From assembly GCA_964016885.1 (NCBI GenBank), contig OZ024743.1, positions 284,580,001-284,644,000 on the forward strand: a stretch of DNA of 64,000 nucleotides. Direction: 5' to 3'. The position numbers and the translations under genes are program-made. The notes under the pieces were generated by a model, which had not been told where the DNA came from, searched no databases, and saw nothing but the letters and a program-made list of their open reading frames with translations. Position 1 is the first letter of the stretch. Every line of letters begins with the position of its first letter. Below, piece after piece: positions 42,611-58,380 of this stretch. This DNA comes from Eledone cirrhosa (Eukaryota).

Positions 42611-43625
42611 GTAAGTCTTGTAAACACTATTGTTTCCAAGCTAGACATTATTATTAGCTTTAACCAGCATCATGTATTTTGTTTATTTATCAATGTTATT
42701 GTTGCTGTTTTCGTTCTGCTTTACCTCGAGTCGTCCGTTTACGTCATTTATAACAAATGATATCGATATTATTGTTGTCATTGTCAGGATTTAAAATGTT
42801 TTTATTTTCTTCTTTTTTCATTTCCTTTATTTAAATTACCTTGTTACAATGACGTCATGCTGTCGCCAGTCATTTTACTGACATAAACTTCATCGTTTAT
42901 ATTAACAACCACCGGTCATGCTTTATGCACTTGTCAAATGACTACAATTCCTGACAAAACCTCACATAATCTAATCACCTGTTAACTTACTGATTTGGTA
43001 CCACTGTCATTTCTACCGCTAGACAATAAAACTGATTTGTCTGCTTTTTTAATATTACTAAGAGGCTTAATTTTATTTTTGTAAGCATTAATAAATTAGC
43101 ATTTATTTTGTGTATAATATATTCTCTATTTCATGTCTGCAAGACGTATAGTGTAGTATTGCCTCACATACTTAAGGTTTAATCGTCATAATTACTAACT
43201 TTTTTATATTCTAGTCGTTCAAACTCCATCTATTCAATCTCATATAATTGATATGCATTGTTTGTTGTTTTCAATGAAATCCGAAGGGTTATAGTAAATC
43301 TTCTGTAATAATTTCTTAACCATTTCCAATAAATCTCAGAGCATAATTTTCATGTCACATGAAAATCGATGGAAATGTAAACATAATCAAACATTCACAA
43401 GTTCTGTTATTGTTTATATAATTTATTTTTTTATTTTATTTTGAATCTTTTAATTTTTAAAAAAGAAATCTTTAGCGTATTAAGATTTGTTCATTAATTC
43501 GCACCGTAGCTAAAAATAATTAGTTTCATTTATTAAAGGAATCCCTAATGCTGGGATTTCATTTTTAAGCTTTTGATAAACAGTTAGATGAGTTATGCAC
43601 GTTATCACAAGTCTGGCTTATTGTA

Positions 43626-43659
<34 letters not shown>

Positions 43660-44879
43660 GTATGTGTGTTTTATCTATTTAGTAATAATGAATCACGTAA
43701 TGGTCGGTAGGCTCCCAGAGAATTCTCTCAGTGACGGCTTAATGCCATTGAGAAAGGTATGAACGTCACAACTCCCACCGTTTTCGCGTTAAACACTGTT
43801 ATAGGAAAATGTCTTAGCAATTCTGAAAAGAGGACATTTAGCAGATCTTTATCGTTAAAAGACAACCATTTACTATGAATTTGGCTTCAAACATATCCAC
43901 CTGTTTGCACTTAAACATGCACACACATTCACAAAACATAACAGCAGACACATGCGCTCACTACAGAATTTTCTTTCGGTATCACAAGACTCGTGTTTTC
44001 AACATATTTTTCTATATTTTTCTATATTTGTATTTTATATAGATCGTACCTAAAGGTTTTGAACGTTATTAAATAAATTTTCTTTTTTCGAAAATGTTCT
44101 GCCATCATACATTTTTCTTTTTGAATTGTACTTTAAATGTTTCATGAAAGCACTACCGAAATATGTTTTCGAACATTAGTCTAATAGGACTAATCATGAC
44201 AAAAAAACGACCAAGATATTGACGATTAGTTTCAGATCCAGTTCTGACAAAGTTTACACATTACATAAAAGTTTTTATTTTAATCATTATTTCTCAAATC
44301 ACGACCGAATATAGTAAATATCAATAGAAATAGTATTTATTGGTTAATGGTAATCCAATTTGCCAATGGAGGTAATATCTCGCTTGTAGTTCTGGAGTCT
44401 GCATATTAAGATTACCCTTCTGTGTTAGTAGTTCTCACAAACTGAGTAGATCCAGGTTATTCATTGTATGACATGTTTTCCCATCTTAACCTAAAAGATC
44501 CAATCTACTCGCAAAGATATGTTCTCGGCTAAGCTTCAATTTTGTTCGCTTCTAATACACTGTTTGAGAAAAAACAAAGATATCTATTATGTCTTTTTAT
44601 TTACTAATAGTTGAGCGAATTGGATCTAGTTTGCTTATGAGCAAACAAAAATGCGTAAGTTTGGTGAATCAAACGCATATGGCATGTATTCAATGTCAGA
44701 ATGAAATGTGCTACATTTTGTTATTCCTCAGATTTAGAGAAGATGATCCAATCTTGTAATGTTAGGAAATATTTACTGACTTAAGTGGATCCAAAAAGAA
44801 AAAAAGGTTTTCATTTGTTAGTTATAATTATTAATTTCTTCAAACACATCCATTATCTCAGTTGAGTTTATCAACTTCG

Positions 44880-45137
44880 GACTGTCTGTCTCGAGCCTGG
44901 CGACTCATCAGGCTAATGCTTATCCTAGTTTCCGTGGCATTAAGCAACTGAGAGTACAAGACTCACTCTGGACAGGACACCAGCTATTGCTGGTACTCAT
45001 TTTCAGCAGAGTATACTGGAGCAACGTAAAATGAAGTGTTTTGCTTAAGAACACGACAGATGACCCAGTCCAGGAATTGAAACCACGACATTATTATCAT
45101 AAGTTCAATATCCTTACCACTTGGTTACGCGCCTGCA
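44880..45137 (-). mobile_element. Decayed tRNA-derived SINE (related copy at 49240-49510)
   Basis: Minus-strand A/B boxes and the central tggagcaac.t.aaa..aagtgtttt domain. Confidence 0.7.
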
Positions 45138-46739
45138 CAACTTCAGGCAAGAAATATCATAATTGGTCAAAGCTGGCAGCACTGGCGAAGAAGTGTATCA
45201 TTTTGTGATCCTCATAGAAGTATGCTGTTGAACCTTCACTCTTTTACTAAAGTTCCTCTCTAAGATTGTAAGGTTGTAAAACTTGAACTTGGTACTGCAA
45301 ACTAACAAAACATTCAGGATACTACAGTGTCCCATCTAACTACAATTGTAAACTCTACTTTTTCATGGTACATAGTTATAATTGAAGAGAATAAACTATT
45401 CAAAGTTAGATGTCTTCACAGGGAAAAAAATGTGCATTTAACCCTTCAATTAAGTGTCTGACATTCTGTTGACTGCTCCCAATGATGTCAATTTCTTTCT
45501 ACTGAACTCATTGAATTCTATTTGCATTATGGGCTATGTAGCTGAAATTTCATCAATCAGCACCACTGAACAATACATTTAAACTGTATTTGACTCTTCT
45601 ACTCAACTATTTTAAGATTGCTGATTAAATTCTAGGGTATTTGCATTTCTACTTATCATTAATTAATATCCACTTTCTCATCAGTTCACTTCATAATTAG
45701 TCCTCCTTTATATCAACTTCAGGGAACTTCAGTCTAACCTTGATTGTACTCATCACCTTTCACTTACATCCAAACCACACATCTTATTCCTCTTTGTGGC
45801 ACAAATCTTTCGTTTTCTAACCTGTTTTACTGTCCACTCTAGACTCTAACTTACTTAGAATGATTGTTTCTGTATGTATTCTATTCACTTCCTCACTTTA
45901 ATATCAGCAACAAAGATGTTCAATTGTGCTGGCTCAAAATGTGTTTACCTCATTCCTTTCAGTTCATTTGCTGTTTCTACCACTTTTCAAACTCTTCCCA
46001 ACTACAAACAGGTCTTCCCCTATCATCTGGCATTAAGAACATATATTTTGCCTAACTTTCCCTTGAAGTATCATCATTAGATGACCTCACATCTCCTGGT
46101 TCTCAAACTCCCCCATGCCAATGCTGCTAGTGCAGAGGCCAAAATGTTTACTATTCTAAACTGTCTATGTCAGTTAGTACTGTGACCTCCATATATCTGC
46201 AAAATCAGCCATCCCTGTTTGACCACTGCTTCATAAAGACAACACACTTTACATTTTCCTTCTGTCAAACATTCTTCACTCTCAAACCTTCTGGTACTTC
46301 ATGCTGTTGTGTAAATGCACTACATTCTCTAACTCCCTGAGATAGCTAAGCAGATGATAAAATCTATTTTCCTAGGCTTGTACATTGAAATGCATCACAC
46401 AACTAAAGCCCATAACTCCAAATCACCATTAAGTCGTTCACCTACATTACAGAAGTACAGATGAAAAACCATACCTACAACAAGGAGACAGTTTACTCAC
46501 TCCTGCAACACCTGCAGGATAACAGAAAACAAAATTATGTATTTATGCACATCCTGTGAACTTTCCTACCAAATTGCAGCTGGTGCTTCTGATATCTTAC
46601 TAAGAGTATCTTAACCAACTTTACAGAATGCTTCCCTTCCAATGTAATGGCTCTACTACCAACAATTCTGCTGAAAAAGCCTCTATATTTGTTTCGAAAT
46701 CCACACTTGAGTAATTGAGTAAAACTCCTCCAAATGTTT

Positions 46740-46742
<3 letters not shown>

Positions 46743-46795
<53 letters not shown>
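46743..46795. repeat. (CT)n microsatellite
   Basis: Read directly. Confidence 0.95.
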
Positions 46796-46797
<2 letters not shown>

Positions 46798-47089
46798 CTC
46801 ACTTTTTACTTTCCTTTTTCTCTCTGTTTTTCTTTTTAACTGCCTCTCTTGTTTCTCTCTACTTTCTTTTATCTTTTCTCCCTCTCACCATTACTTTCTG
46901 CTTCTCTTTACAAGTTAAACACTTGTATGATTTTCAACAAGATAAACTTTATTAAAGGTGAGATGATTAAAAACAGTACTTACAAGAGAAAAAGAGAATT
47001 TGGCAAACTGAGGAGTTACATTTGTTTTTAATGATATGGAGTATGGCCAACCAATTCCACTGAACAATGTAATTTACAACACAAACATC

Positions 47090-48993
47090 AGGAAATTGAT
47101 CAGCTACTTGATCACCTATCAATCAGATGGCTACGCTAGTTAAATATGCGCTATCCTCACTGGGGAATGAAATAGACCAATGATTATAAATGCTAAATCC
47201 TTACTTGCTGAAGAACACACCATCCTACATAAATTGGTGATTAGTGACTTCAGAGTAAGAGCAAGACAAATGGACAAAATAAAGTCAGTTTGGAGAAGAA
47301 GAATATGGAAACCTAAAAAACGACCAAACACTCATAGGTTTAGAAACATTAACTGAAGTCCTTGACAACAACAATCAGGAATTAAAGTCCTATAACATAG
47401 AAGAAAATTGGAATCTCTTTCAAAAGAACCTGATAAAGGCCACAGATTAGATACTAATCAAATGAAAGGTGATATGGTGGGGAAACAGTACTGTAGACAC
47501 GGCCATGAAACCTAAAAGACAAACTTGGAGGTCTGGAAGGCCAGAGACAGTAAGAAACTAAATATCAGGTTTATGTAGCTAGAGGTGAGTCAGAAGGTAA
47601 GAAGTTTGCCAATGTTCTGTGTGAGATGTTCCAATTTGCAAGAAAGGGTGTTGGGGAGGACCAAAATGTTATTGGAGAGAATGTGTACAGAATGACAGCA
47701 GCTCACTCTTACTGGCAGCGAAAAGAAAGATACATGGAAGAGCTATTATGAGAAGTTGTTGAATGAGGAAAATGAATGAGAATCTACTTGAAGTAGAATC
47801 AACTGAGGCACCAACCATCGAAGTCCACAGCAGAATGGTAGATAAAGTGATTACCGATATAAAGATATGAAAAGTGGCCTGGTCATCAGAGATGATTAAA
47901 CTATCTGTTGGAGTAGGACACAGTACTTACATAGTACAGGAAATTGTTGTACCCAATGATTGCCATGCAACATCAATGTTAACTGCTACAAGGGCAAAGG
48001 AGATGCATTAGAGAGAGGAAATTACAAAGGCATCAAACTGTTGGATGAGGTTATGAAGGTTACAAAAGAGTAACTTCACAATTGATTAGGGACAGAATTA
48101 ATTTTAATGTGATGCAATATGGCTGTGTGTCCAGGAGAAGCACTACTGATGCCATCTTCCTAGTTAGACAGCCACAGAAATACTTAGTTAAGAGTAGGTC
48201 CCTTCATTTAGCATTCATCGACCTAGAAAAGGCCTTTGACTAAATCCCATGCTCATTATTTTGTTGCTTGCTTAGAAATCTAGGGATAGAAGAATGTCAT
48301 GTGAGGGTTCTACAGGCTATGTACAGAAGCACAATCAGCAAGGTGGGATGTCAGTGATGAATTTAGTGTGCAGATGGGAGTTTACCAAGGCTCATTCCTC
48401 AGCCCTCTCCTGTATATTATAGTCCTCCAGACCATAACAGAAATTTAAGCCTGGAGACTCCTGTATGCTAATGATCTAGCTCTCATAACCGAAATAGAGG
48501 AACTAGGGTAGCTCCAGATTTGTAAGTAAAATTGGGAATAGAATGGCATGAAATTTTAGAAGGAAAGAGGATAAGACTCTGTTACCGTTAGGGAAATGGT
48601 TGTGCTCAATATATTGAAAAGGAGTAGGTAGAAATTCCATATGGTTTGTACCACAATAAAATGGCATCAATTACATTCTGTAAAGTCGGCATTATGAAAG
48701 GCATTTAGCTGTAGAAATCATGCTACACAAAGTATTGAGACGAACTTCAACTGTGTCTATAACATTAGCACATCACTAGTACTAGTGCCACAATAAAATG
48801 CACCCAGTACACTGTAATGGGGTTGGTGATAAGATGGACATCCAGCTGTAGAAACCATGCCAAAACTGTAATATATGCAAGATGTGACCCCTGGAGAAAA
48901 CTGGCATCAATTAAGAACTGATTTTATCTGTGACCTCCCATCCACCCCATGCCAACTTGGGAAAATGGACGTTAAATCATGATGATGATGATG
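47090..48993 (+). pseudogene. Old, heavily frameshifted RTE LINE in the DCP1 intron
   Basis: Remnants [43 protein letters not shown]; 3' UTR motif and (GAT)n tail. Confidence 0.88.
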
Positions 48994-49239
48994 GTTGACA
49001 TTGACATTAAAATTTTGGCTGTATTAGGCCTCATCTGACAGCTGTTGCTATCTTGATAGGAATTGTTTATACATTTCAGTCTGGTTAGTAGATTTGGTGT
49101 AACTGTTAAATGGGTGAGGGAAGGATATAATAGTAGGGTTTGATTTGGTGTGAAATCTTATTAGATAGTGTGGAATTTCTAAATTACAACTAGGGTATTT
49201 TTCTTGGCTCATAAATTCATTGGGTGACAAGATACTGGG

Positions 49240-49510
49240 TAGGTCTGTCTGTCTCAAGCTCAAAGGCTCATCAGGCCAGTTCTCATCCTGGTTTCCATGG
49301 TGTTAAGTGACTAAGAGTACAAGTCACCAGTTCGTTGCAGGGTTAAACCCCCAGCTACTGGTAGTACTCATGTTCAGCTGAGTGCACTGGAGCAACATGA
49401 AACAAAGTGTTTTATTCAAGAATACAACACACAACCCAGTCCAGGAATTGAACCCACAACATTATGATCATAAGTTCAACACCCTTACCACTAGGCCATG
49501 CACCTTCACA
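49240..49510 (-). mobile_element. Decayed tRNA-derived SINE
   Basis: Collinear with 44880-45137. Confidence 0.7.
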
Positions 49511-52500
49511 CTGAATTGAAAGCTGTGGACTATTTGTTAGAGGTATATAAAATATATGGAAGTTATATTGGGAGTATGATAGGTATAATAAGAAATTTTT
49601 ATTTGTTCATGAAGTGAAAAAAAATGAGAGTTTAAGAGATAAAGGTGTGAGTTTGTTCATGTTTTGGTCAGTTACAAAAACAAATAAAAATGGAAGAGAA
49701 GAATAAAAATTTGTGTGTGAGTATTATTTTCAATATTGTTTTTTCATAAGATTAGATAAGCCATCCTTTACCTTGAATTTATTTTCTTGTTGATTTCGAT
49801 AATTTTTAGAGGATGTCTACTTGTTTTCTTATTTAGAATTTTTATTGTAAAAACATTTTTTTGTTATTAATTACCTTCAGGTTTGTGTGTAATTGTCATT
49901 TAACTCCCACCTCATCCCTACAAATAAATATAACTTTTTTTCTGTAGATGTCATTATTAGAATTTGTTTGTCCTCCGGGGAAACACATTCTCCATTGTGT
50001 CCGCCGGGGCTGTGGGGAGGCCACCAATATGATTGACTGACTTGTCATTTTATCAGTCAGATGTTCTAATGATTCTATATATATGTATACGTTCATATAT
50101 ATATATATATAGGCCTAATATGTATGGTTTGATCTTTGGTGCTGAACACTTCCACTTCCTTGGTCTCTGAGACCCTTATGGTGATATTGTTTGCATATGT
50201 CAACACAGCTCTCTTGTATCCCAGTTTGAAAGAGATGTCCCTCAACAACTCTGGCTTTCACAACAGAAAGGATGAGATTGATGGAGGGTTTAGCCTAAAG
50301 TTATAATTCTAAGAAGTTGTTTACTGAAATGGTTTATTTTTCAAAACAGATTTTGTGATGCTAATTGGTTTATCAGCTGTCACAAAAGGTCATTTAACAA
50401 AAATATTTTAGTTTTTACCAGTGCCACTATTAAGTTCTTTTTTTATCTATTGGTCAAGCATTGAGTCAGGGTGTTGAAAATTCTAATAATATTTTGGTAT
50501 TGATAAAATAAAATAACAGCAATTTTAACTCTGTTCACATGTTTTACAATATTTCACATTCTGTGTAATCAAATGAAGCTATATTTAAATTGTTATAGAC
50601 AGATTATTTGATATCCACTGAATATAGTTTTTCATTTATCTATAAAAAAATACACGTCTTTATTTATCTCTATTCACATCTGAATTAATAGTTGTTGTTT
50701 CTTAATATTATATGCACATAAACTGTTAAAATTTGCAAGCCTTTTTGACCAGTGATAGTATTTTTTTTTTTAATTAAAGCAAACAAAAAAAATATAGAAA
50801 AAAAGTGAAGAAAAAATAAACAAAAACAAGTAATCCCCTTATAGTCATTAAAAAAATATTAATTGAAACAAAATCTGTTGTCTGGGAGTGTTATGAAACT
50901 GATTAGAATAGAATGATAACAACTGATAGATCGATGAAGCATATAGCCAGTGTATAAATAGCAACTAAAGAATAATATGGTATTGGTTTTGAGGGAGGTA
51001 GTGACTTTGATAAAATTGAACATTAGAACACTAAAGTTGTATTAATTTAACATCTGTTTTTCCAAAGTAGCATGAGTTTGCATTATTCTACTACCACTAC
51101 CACACACTCTCTAAAGCAGCTGAAAAGTATTTTTCTCATTAAATTTTTAATATTTGTTTTATATGCTTCAAATATTTTTACAGAAAACTAAATGTTATAA
51201 AGAGCAAAGTCCTCCTGCTGAGCTAAACGCATGACTTGGTTTTCATTCCCATTTGTAACTGTTTTAATTCACTTCTATTATTAATGCTCTTATGAAAGGC
51301 ATGAACATCCCCAAATCTCATACTTCATTCCATACACATCTGAAGCTCTTTTCCATTGTAATAAATCAGTGTTTTTTTACTGCAAAATATGGCAGTCGTC
51401 TGAGAAAAATCATTATTATCAATTTATGTTTGTTTTGGGTTGTATGGGTCATTGCAGTCTGAATCAGTTCTTATTTAAAGTTATTGTCCTCCTAGATGAG
51501 TTGGTGGACATATCTTGCTTATACATTTGATTTTTGGTATTGTTTCTATAGTTGGATGCCCTTCCTAGAGAGGTTGTCATTTATGTCTTTGATATGACTA
51601 AGGTGTACTAAGGAGATTTGGGCACCAGCATCAGAGAGGGTGTCTTATTCTCTGTAAGTCTTCTATACTTGGCAGAGTCTCTGTTCTTTCAAGGTAAACA
51701 TGAGAGTGTGAATAGAATGGAAGTGATAAGCAAGAGGAATATGAGTGTGATTAGGGACATGGTGATAATATGCTAATGGAAAAGTGAGTGATAGATATGT
51801 GTTGGTTGGAGGTTAATAACAACCTTAGCAATGATAGCATCAAAGAGGAGTCATGGTAAGGGAGAAAACAAGTGAGGGATAGCAACAGGAATGAGTGATA
51901 ATGAGAAAGTTATATGTCAAGTAAGAGTCACATGGAGTAGTAGGGATAACAGTCAGGGGCACTGAATCTGGACAGATCAAATGCCCTCCTTAGTTACATA
52001 GTAGTAGAGAGATAGATAGATAATAGTGGGTAAGAACGAGAGTGATAATGAGAATGGGTGGTGGTAAAGAGATTGAATATGGACAAATCAAATGCCATCT
52101 CTCATTACATGGTGGTGTGGTACAATGAATAGAATAGAGCAAAATAGATGAGAAGGTAATGAAAACAGTATTAGATATGGATACAGACTTAACAGAAATA
52201 TGGTAGACAAGAGATCTATCAACAGTATTTCAACATCATTTTGTCTTGCTTATAGGTTCTTCTCCAGCAAAGCATGTTGCAGTCATTTGTCAGAGGAATA
52301 ATTTGATGTTGATTGTATTGACTTACACTTTTATTTATACCTCTTAAGAAGCATCCATGCAGTTACTCAACCTATTGGAAATATCAGCCAAATCTCCCTT
52401 AAAGTTCCCTTAACCTTATTAAAATGGTTGAATACACTGAGTAACTCATTATTAAATACAATATACTAGAAATGAAGTTGGGATGGTCACAACTGGAATG

Positions 52501-53297
52501 CCAGTTGGTGAACAATGATAACTGATATTTTTACAGATTTTTCATGGGGATAAAATATTCTGATGAATTTTTTAATTTATATCATCATCCTGCAAAGTTT
52601 TCATTGCATCTCAGTGCAAAAATATTTATTCTACTAAACTAATCCGTTTACTTACTTGAAGGATAAATATGTAATCTAAGAAGGTTACTACACCAAACCC
52701 CCTGTGAATACCTGCTTTTCATAATGTTAAGAGAAAATCATTGGAAAGGTTAGACAAAGAAAGAGAAAGTGATGGAAAATTATGATGAAAAAATATAAAA
52801 ATTTCTTTACATTGAGCCATATTCACTTCCTTGTATGAGTCGTAAGGCTAATTTTGTAATGGAGATCTACTCATTTGGGATTAATTTTGAGAGATACAGT
52901 ACTTCTACATATCTTGAAAGAAACACCCATATGGTTCTTAAGGAATTATTTCTCCATCTAAACACAGGAAAAGTGGACTTTACCACAATCAGCTGAGAAA
53001 CAAACATAACAAGAAGTGGAAACAATATAAACACATATGTTTTGTTTACCTATCGCTATTAAGTTATAGCTCCTAAAAATATTGGAAGGAGATGGGTGGG
53101 TTATTGGCATAAATGGTAGTGCACTTATCCGGCAAACAAAAGGTGTGCTTTGAATTCCTATGTTTGTTAATGCCCATCTTTTTCCATTCAGTGGGCTTAT
53201 ATACCCATTATTATTAGGCTATTATATTTAGTCAAAGTGAGTTCATGATCTAATTCAATTTTCAATCAAGAGTATATTTTTGCTTTTTTTTTTATTG

Positions 53298-54295
53298 ATC
53301 CTTTGCCCCAAATGCAAACTGTGGGTGCACAAGAGATGTAGTGGGATCTCAGGAAATCTAGCTAAAAATATAGGCTTTACATGTAGCAGTTGTACGAGGT
53401 CAGTAAGCAGCAAACAGCCACAGGAAACAAAGACTACCAAATTCTGGGAGGGCTCTGTAGAAACAGTAAACAGCTTCTGCTATCTAGGAGACCGAATTAA
53501 CAGCGGAGGGGGTTGTTCTGAAAGTACAGTTACCAGCGTCAGAACGGGATGAAAGAAGTTCAGGGAGCTACTACCACTGCTAGCTACAAAAAGCTTTTCC
53601 CTCAAAATGAAAGGCAGATTATATGATGCGTGCATACGAACAGCAATGTTACAGAAGACTTGCGTAGATTAGAAATGAAGCTTGCATGCTCCGATGGATG
53701 TGTAATAGTAATACGCGAATGGCAAAGCATAAACGAATTAAGAGAGAGACTAAGCGTAAGAGGAATCAAATGTTGAGTGCAGGAGAGGAGATTGCGTTGT
53801 TATGGACATGATGCATATGAAGGATGACAGTTGCATAAAAAGGTGCAGAGCACTAAAAGTCGATTGAAGCCTTGGAGTGGGGAGACCCAAGAAGACCTGG
53901 GATGAGGTGATAAAACTTGACTTTGCCCAATTGCACCTCTCAAAGACGATGACACAGGACAGATTTCTAGCGTTACACAGTAATACGGAAGACCCGAGTT
54001 CCCATGGGTACAAGCCCCTCCCGCTGTAAAGTGGTGGTGTAGGTGTCACGACCCAAAGCACCCAGTCCACACTGTAAAGTGGGCATATAGGCGCCATGGT
54101 AAAAAAGCCCCAAGTACTCACTGTAAATGAGGTTGGTGTTAGGAAGGGCATCCAGCTGTAGAAACCGAGCCAAAGTCAGTCCTGTATGAGCAAAGCACGG
54201 TCACCTGACCTGGCATTGCCCACAACAGGACAACTTGTCTAACCCATCCTAATGTGGAGACATCGATGTAAAACGGTGATGAGGATGATGATGAC
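53298..54295 (+). pseudogene. Decayed R1-like RTE 3' fragment
   Basis: [21 protein letters not shown] with stops and deletions; R1-like tail. Confidence 0.9.
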
Positions 54296-57200
54296 TGATG
54301 ACATAGTGTTGGGCAATATCAACATTTAAATTAATATGGACCTTATAGTTCAGATGTCAACGTATATAAGAAAAAACTTTTGTCTTCACTTCTATAATGC
54401 ATTTATTTTACATGTGCTGTTCTAAAATGCAGGTATTGGTAGAATGATGAAGAATAAGTTTGAAAAGCTAGATTCTTTCTTCTACCAACAGCTAAAATTA
54501 TTTCCTGGCATTCAATGGTGAAATAAAATTAGCATCATGCTACTTTATAAAAAAAAGTATGGCTGCAGATAACTGAGTCTTGATATTGTATACATTTGTT
54601 GGCATGTGTTTCAATGTATCCTTCAATCAAACTAAATCTATTGTCTAGCGAGACCATATGTTACCAACAAGAAAGCAACAGTCTCAAACTCCTCTCTCTA
54701 TTTTTCATCAGTCACCCTTGTGTTTTCCACTGTCTTTTTACCTGTCCATTCCTTTATATTGCTTAGTCAAATTCTTTTTTTTTTCAACAAATTTGTGTGA
54801 TTTCCTTACTATTTCAATTGGATTAGCTCTTGTCTTCTTGTTCTTATTGGTTATCACACCGAGGTTAACTTTGCCTTTCATCCTTACGGGGTCGATAAAA
54901 TAAAGTACCAGTAATGCATTGGGTAATTGCTGGCCTTGTGCCAAAAGTAGAAACAATTATTTTAGTTTTTCATCACTTCTCTGCATTCCATTTCTTCCTA
55001 CAGTTGTCAATAGATCTAAGTTTTTCCTTAACTTGTCCAGTTAAATCAATATCATCAGTATAGCAGAGATTACTGACTTTTCTACCTCCTAACATTGCTT
55101 TCAAATGACATTGAAAAACTTGGGGAAAGTCTAACTGCTTACTGTCTTAAACCAGCTACTTGGTGATTAGATAACATGCCCACACTTGACTGTCCTAAGG
55201 CAATAGAGCAGGAAAAATGTTGATACCAGTTGCATTCCTTTCACTTAATAACTCAACCTTAACGACCACACTATAGCTGGAGATTGTAAAAAAAACAGCA
55301 TGTTCTGGAATAGTTTAAAAAAATAGCTTAACAAAGGAAGGCTTGGAGGACTTAACAGACTTTTATTAAAAAAATTTATGGCATAAATAAATGAAAACAT
55401 AAGACTTTTGGCAAGATGAGACTACTAACAAAACTCTAATAAAATAGAATATTTGACTTTGTGGCACTCAGAACAATATATACAATTTTATTTAAAAAGT
55501 TAAATGCCTTGAAACTCAGTTCATTTATATACAAGTTATTAGGAAGGACCTTTACAAGTCCTCTTAGGCTGCTGGGATTGATGCAATTGGTGTTCAGTTT
55601 GAAAAACTTTAGGTCAGTGTCAGAGGGCCAAGAAGAATGCAGTTGTGAGAAAGAAAGATTAGGATAGTGCTTATTGTACTATCTGCAGGGTGAGATACAG
55701 TAGGGAGTAATGAAAGTATTCCAGATGATTGTAGGCAGAGTGGCTATACAGCTAACCAATTCACAAGAGAAGATGCCATTGTATTTATTAGAAATGGCTT
55801 ATATGCAGTTAACCATGGCTGTCCAACAACACACTTTTCAAAGAAAGTTTGGCACTCCACTGGCTCATTTTCTTGCATTTCTTCCCTGTTCAACAGCCAA
55901 GTAAATAAGATAAGAAATTCTTAGCACCTTGTCTGGAGCACAATGAAGCATTAGCTTCAACTGGAATGCCTTATCCACTTAGCTCTAAACACCCACCCAA
56001 CAAAAAGTAACAGTTATAATCACCCTCTTAGTTAATTGTAATTACTATTGAATGAAGCATGATATTGACTCTTTGCAAGTAACAATTTTATATAGTTGTG
56101 ATTTCTAGCCCCCTTCTATCTTTTCAAAGCATAATGAATTCCTATAATCAGTTAATTAAATATAGAACTATAAAACCTGTATAAGAGAAGGAATCTTTTA
56201 TATTTATGTATTTGTTTAATGTATTTTTTAACTGTGAACTTCCAAACAAAAATCAATCTTTATAAGTATTATGTATGACATTGCTCTAATTAACTACAGT
56301 AAACTTGACCTAGTTATTTTCTGTCTTGATCTTTGTTGTTATCACCTAGTATTACTGTTAGTCAGTTTCTTCTTCAATTGAAGACTTCAAAAATCAATTG
56401 AGTCAGTATTTATCACTTTTTCCTCCTCCACAATTATCTTTCCAAATGTTTTCAGACATTTATTTAAACAGTCCTGTAGAGTGGGGGAGAGGGGAGGTGG
56501 CTGTATATTCTCTTATGCATGTACATACACAGTAAACATATAGTTATTTAAACCACCCTCATTTCTTAGTTTATAAAAAAGCTCATTTAATTATCTGTTT
56601 ATTTATTTAGTGTTTATTTTATAAAACATTTCTTTTTTATATCATTGAGAGTTAATAATTAACACATCATTATAAAATCAATTTCAGCAGATGAAGTATA
56701 TGGGTGACCCTAACCTTGTCAGCACATGGAAGCATATGCAACCGATTGGTCAGTCATATACTTATTATGATACTGATAACCATTTTTTCCTCATTACATT
56801 GTACTTTCCCTTGAATTCTTTATTCCTGTCAACATACTATAATTTTTGAAAGTATTACCTAACAGACAATGTTTTTGCAATGTTCCTTTCCTACACACCA
56901 AGAAAACACTATAATTTCCTGGTATCACTTAGGCAACTCAAATAAGTCCAAGTGCATGTATATTGCATTTATTGACTCCCACAGGAGTGAAAGCTAGAAT
57001 TTAGCTCTGTATAATTTAAAATCACAATTCAAAAACTGAACTAAATATTTTAAGGCATCTACTTCAGTAATTTGAACATTTATCTCACTCCATCTTCAAG
57101 AAACAAAAAAAAAATAGTTGTGTGTGTGTGTCAGTAGTCATAAAAAATGTTTAGAAGTCTCAGTTTTAATTTTAATATTAAGAAAATTAAGGGTTGTCGA

Positions 57201-58179
57201 TTAAGAAAGGCTTTAGAGCATCGGACACAATGTCTTGCAGTATCTGGCTGTTTACATTCTGAGTTTAAATCTTGCTAAGGCCATTCTCATCTATAGTTGA
57301 TAATATAAAGTAGCAGTTATTTATTAGTGCTGATATACATTTAATGACCTCTTTCCCTCCGAAATATTTGTCCCTATGCCTATGTTAGAGATCAATATTA
57401 ACAAAATTATAGATTTATTAAGATAAGAATTACATCAGTACATGTTACTAGTAAATTTTAGCTTAGATCACAATTTAGTACCAGACCTGCCAACCTCTAA
57501 AAACCCAAATGAGGAGTACCATGAAAAAAAGTACCCCAAAATGGGGAGAGTTTACATACTGAAAGCTATCCCCATTTTCACACAAGAGAAGACATCCCTC
57601 ACCCACCCCAAAGTGGGTGGGAGATCTCCCTGTTGGATGGGGAGAGTTGACAGGTCTGTTTAGTATATAATTTCATATTTCCAAAATTGGTAAACTTGGT
57701 CACTGAAAAAAGTTTGTTCATAAATTAGAACAGTTAGTTAATAGAAAATCAATATATATTCTGCTAATGAAGATCTAATTCCTCAATTTAGTTAATAATA
57801 ATAAATTAATATATCTCTGTTGTCACTCTGGTGCTGGACTGCTAAAGGACAAGACCCTGACTATTTCTCTCTGGGTTTAACCAATTAATTAAATTTATAG
57901 ATTTATTTCTTTAACTTGGTGTGAAAATATTATGTGTAGGTTTTAAATGGTTTAATGAGTATTCTTTTTATGCTATTCTACAATCTAACATAACATTCAT
58001 TACAGATGGTGAACTGAAAGAAGCATTAGAGCATTGAAGGAAATTCTTTATATTTTATATTCTGGTTCTTAATGGTGAACTTTGTCTTTGTCTTCTATTC
58101 TCTTGGGATCAATAAATAAAGTGCTAGTCTAGGCCAATGAACTGGTGAAATTTTCAGTATCAGTTAGGATGCGTTGTTA

Positions 58180-58370
58180 GGGCGGTGAATTGGCAGTATC
58201 GGTAGAGGGTTGGACGTCATGCTTTCTATCATAGTTACATCCCTTTATGGTCTGAGTTCAAATCCCGTCGAGGTTAACTTTGCCTTTCATCCTTATGGGG
58301 TCGATAAAATAAAGTACCAGTAATGTACTGGGTAATTGCTGGCCTTGTGCCAAAAATAGAAACAATTATT
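58180..58370 (+). mobile_element. tRNA-derived SINE, second family (other pieces near 54857, 57200, 59590 and 63305)
   Basis: ggcggtgaattggcag..gagttcaaatcc..aactttgcctttcatcc..ggggtcgataaaataaagtaccag. Confidence 0.8.
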
Positions 58371-58380
58371 ACTATATTTT

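Noticed and set aside
44885-44913. Minus-strand cctgatgag..gagac in SINE tails (also near 49250-49277)
   Set aside because: GAGA instead of GAAA and no stem I.
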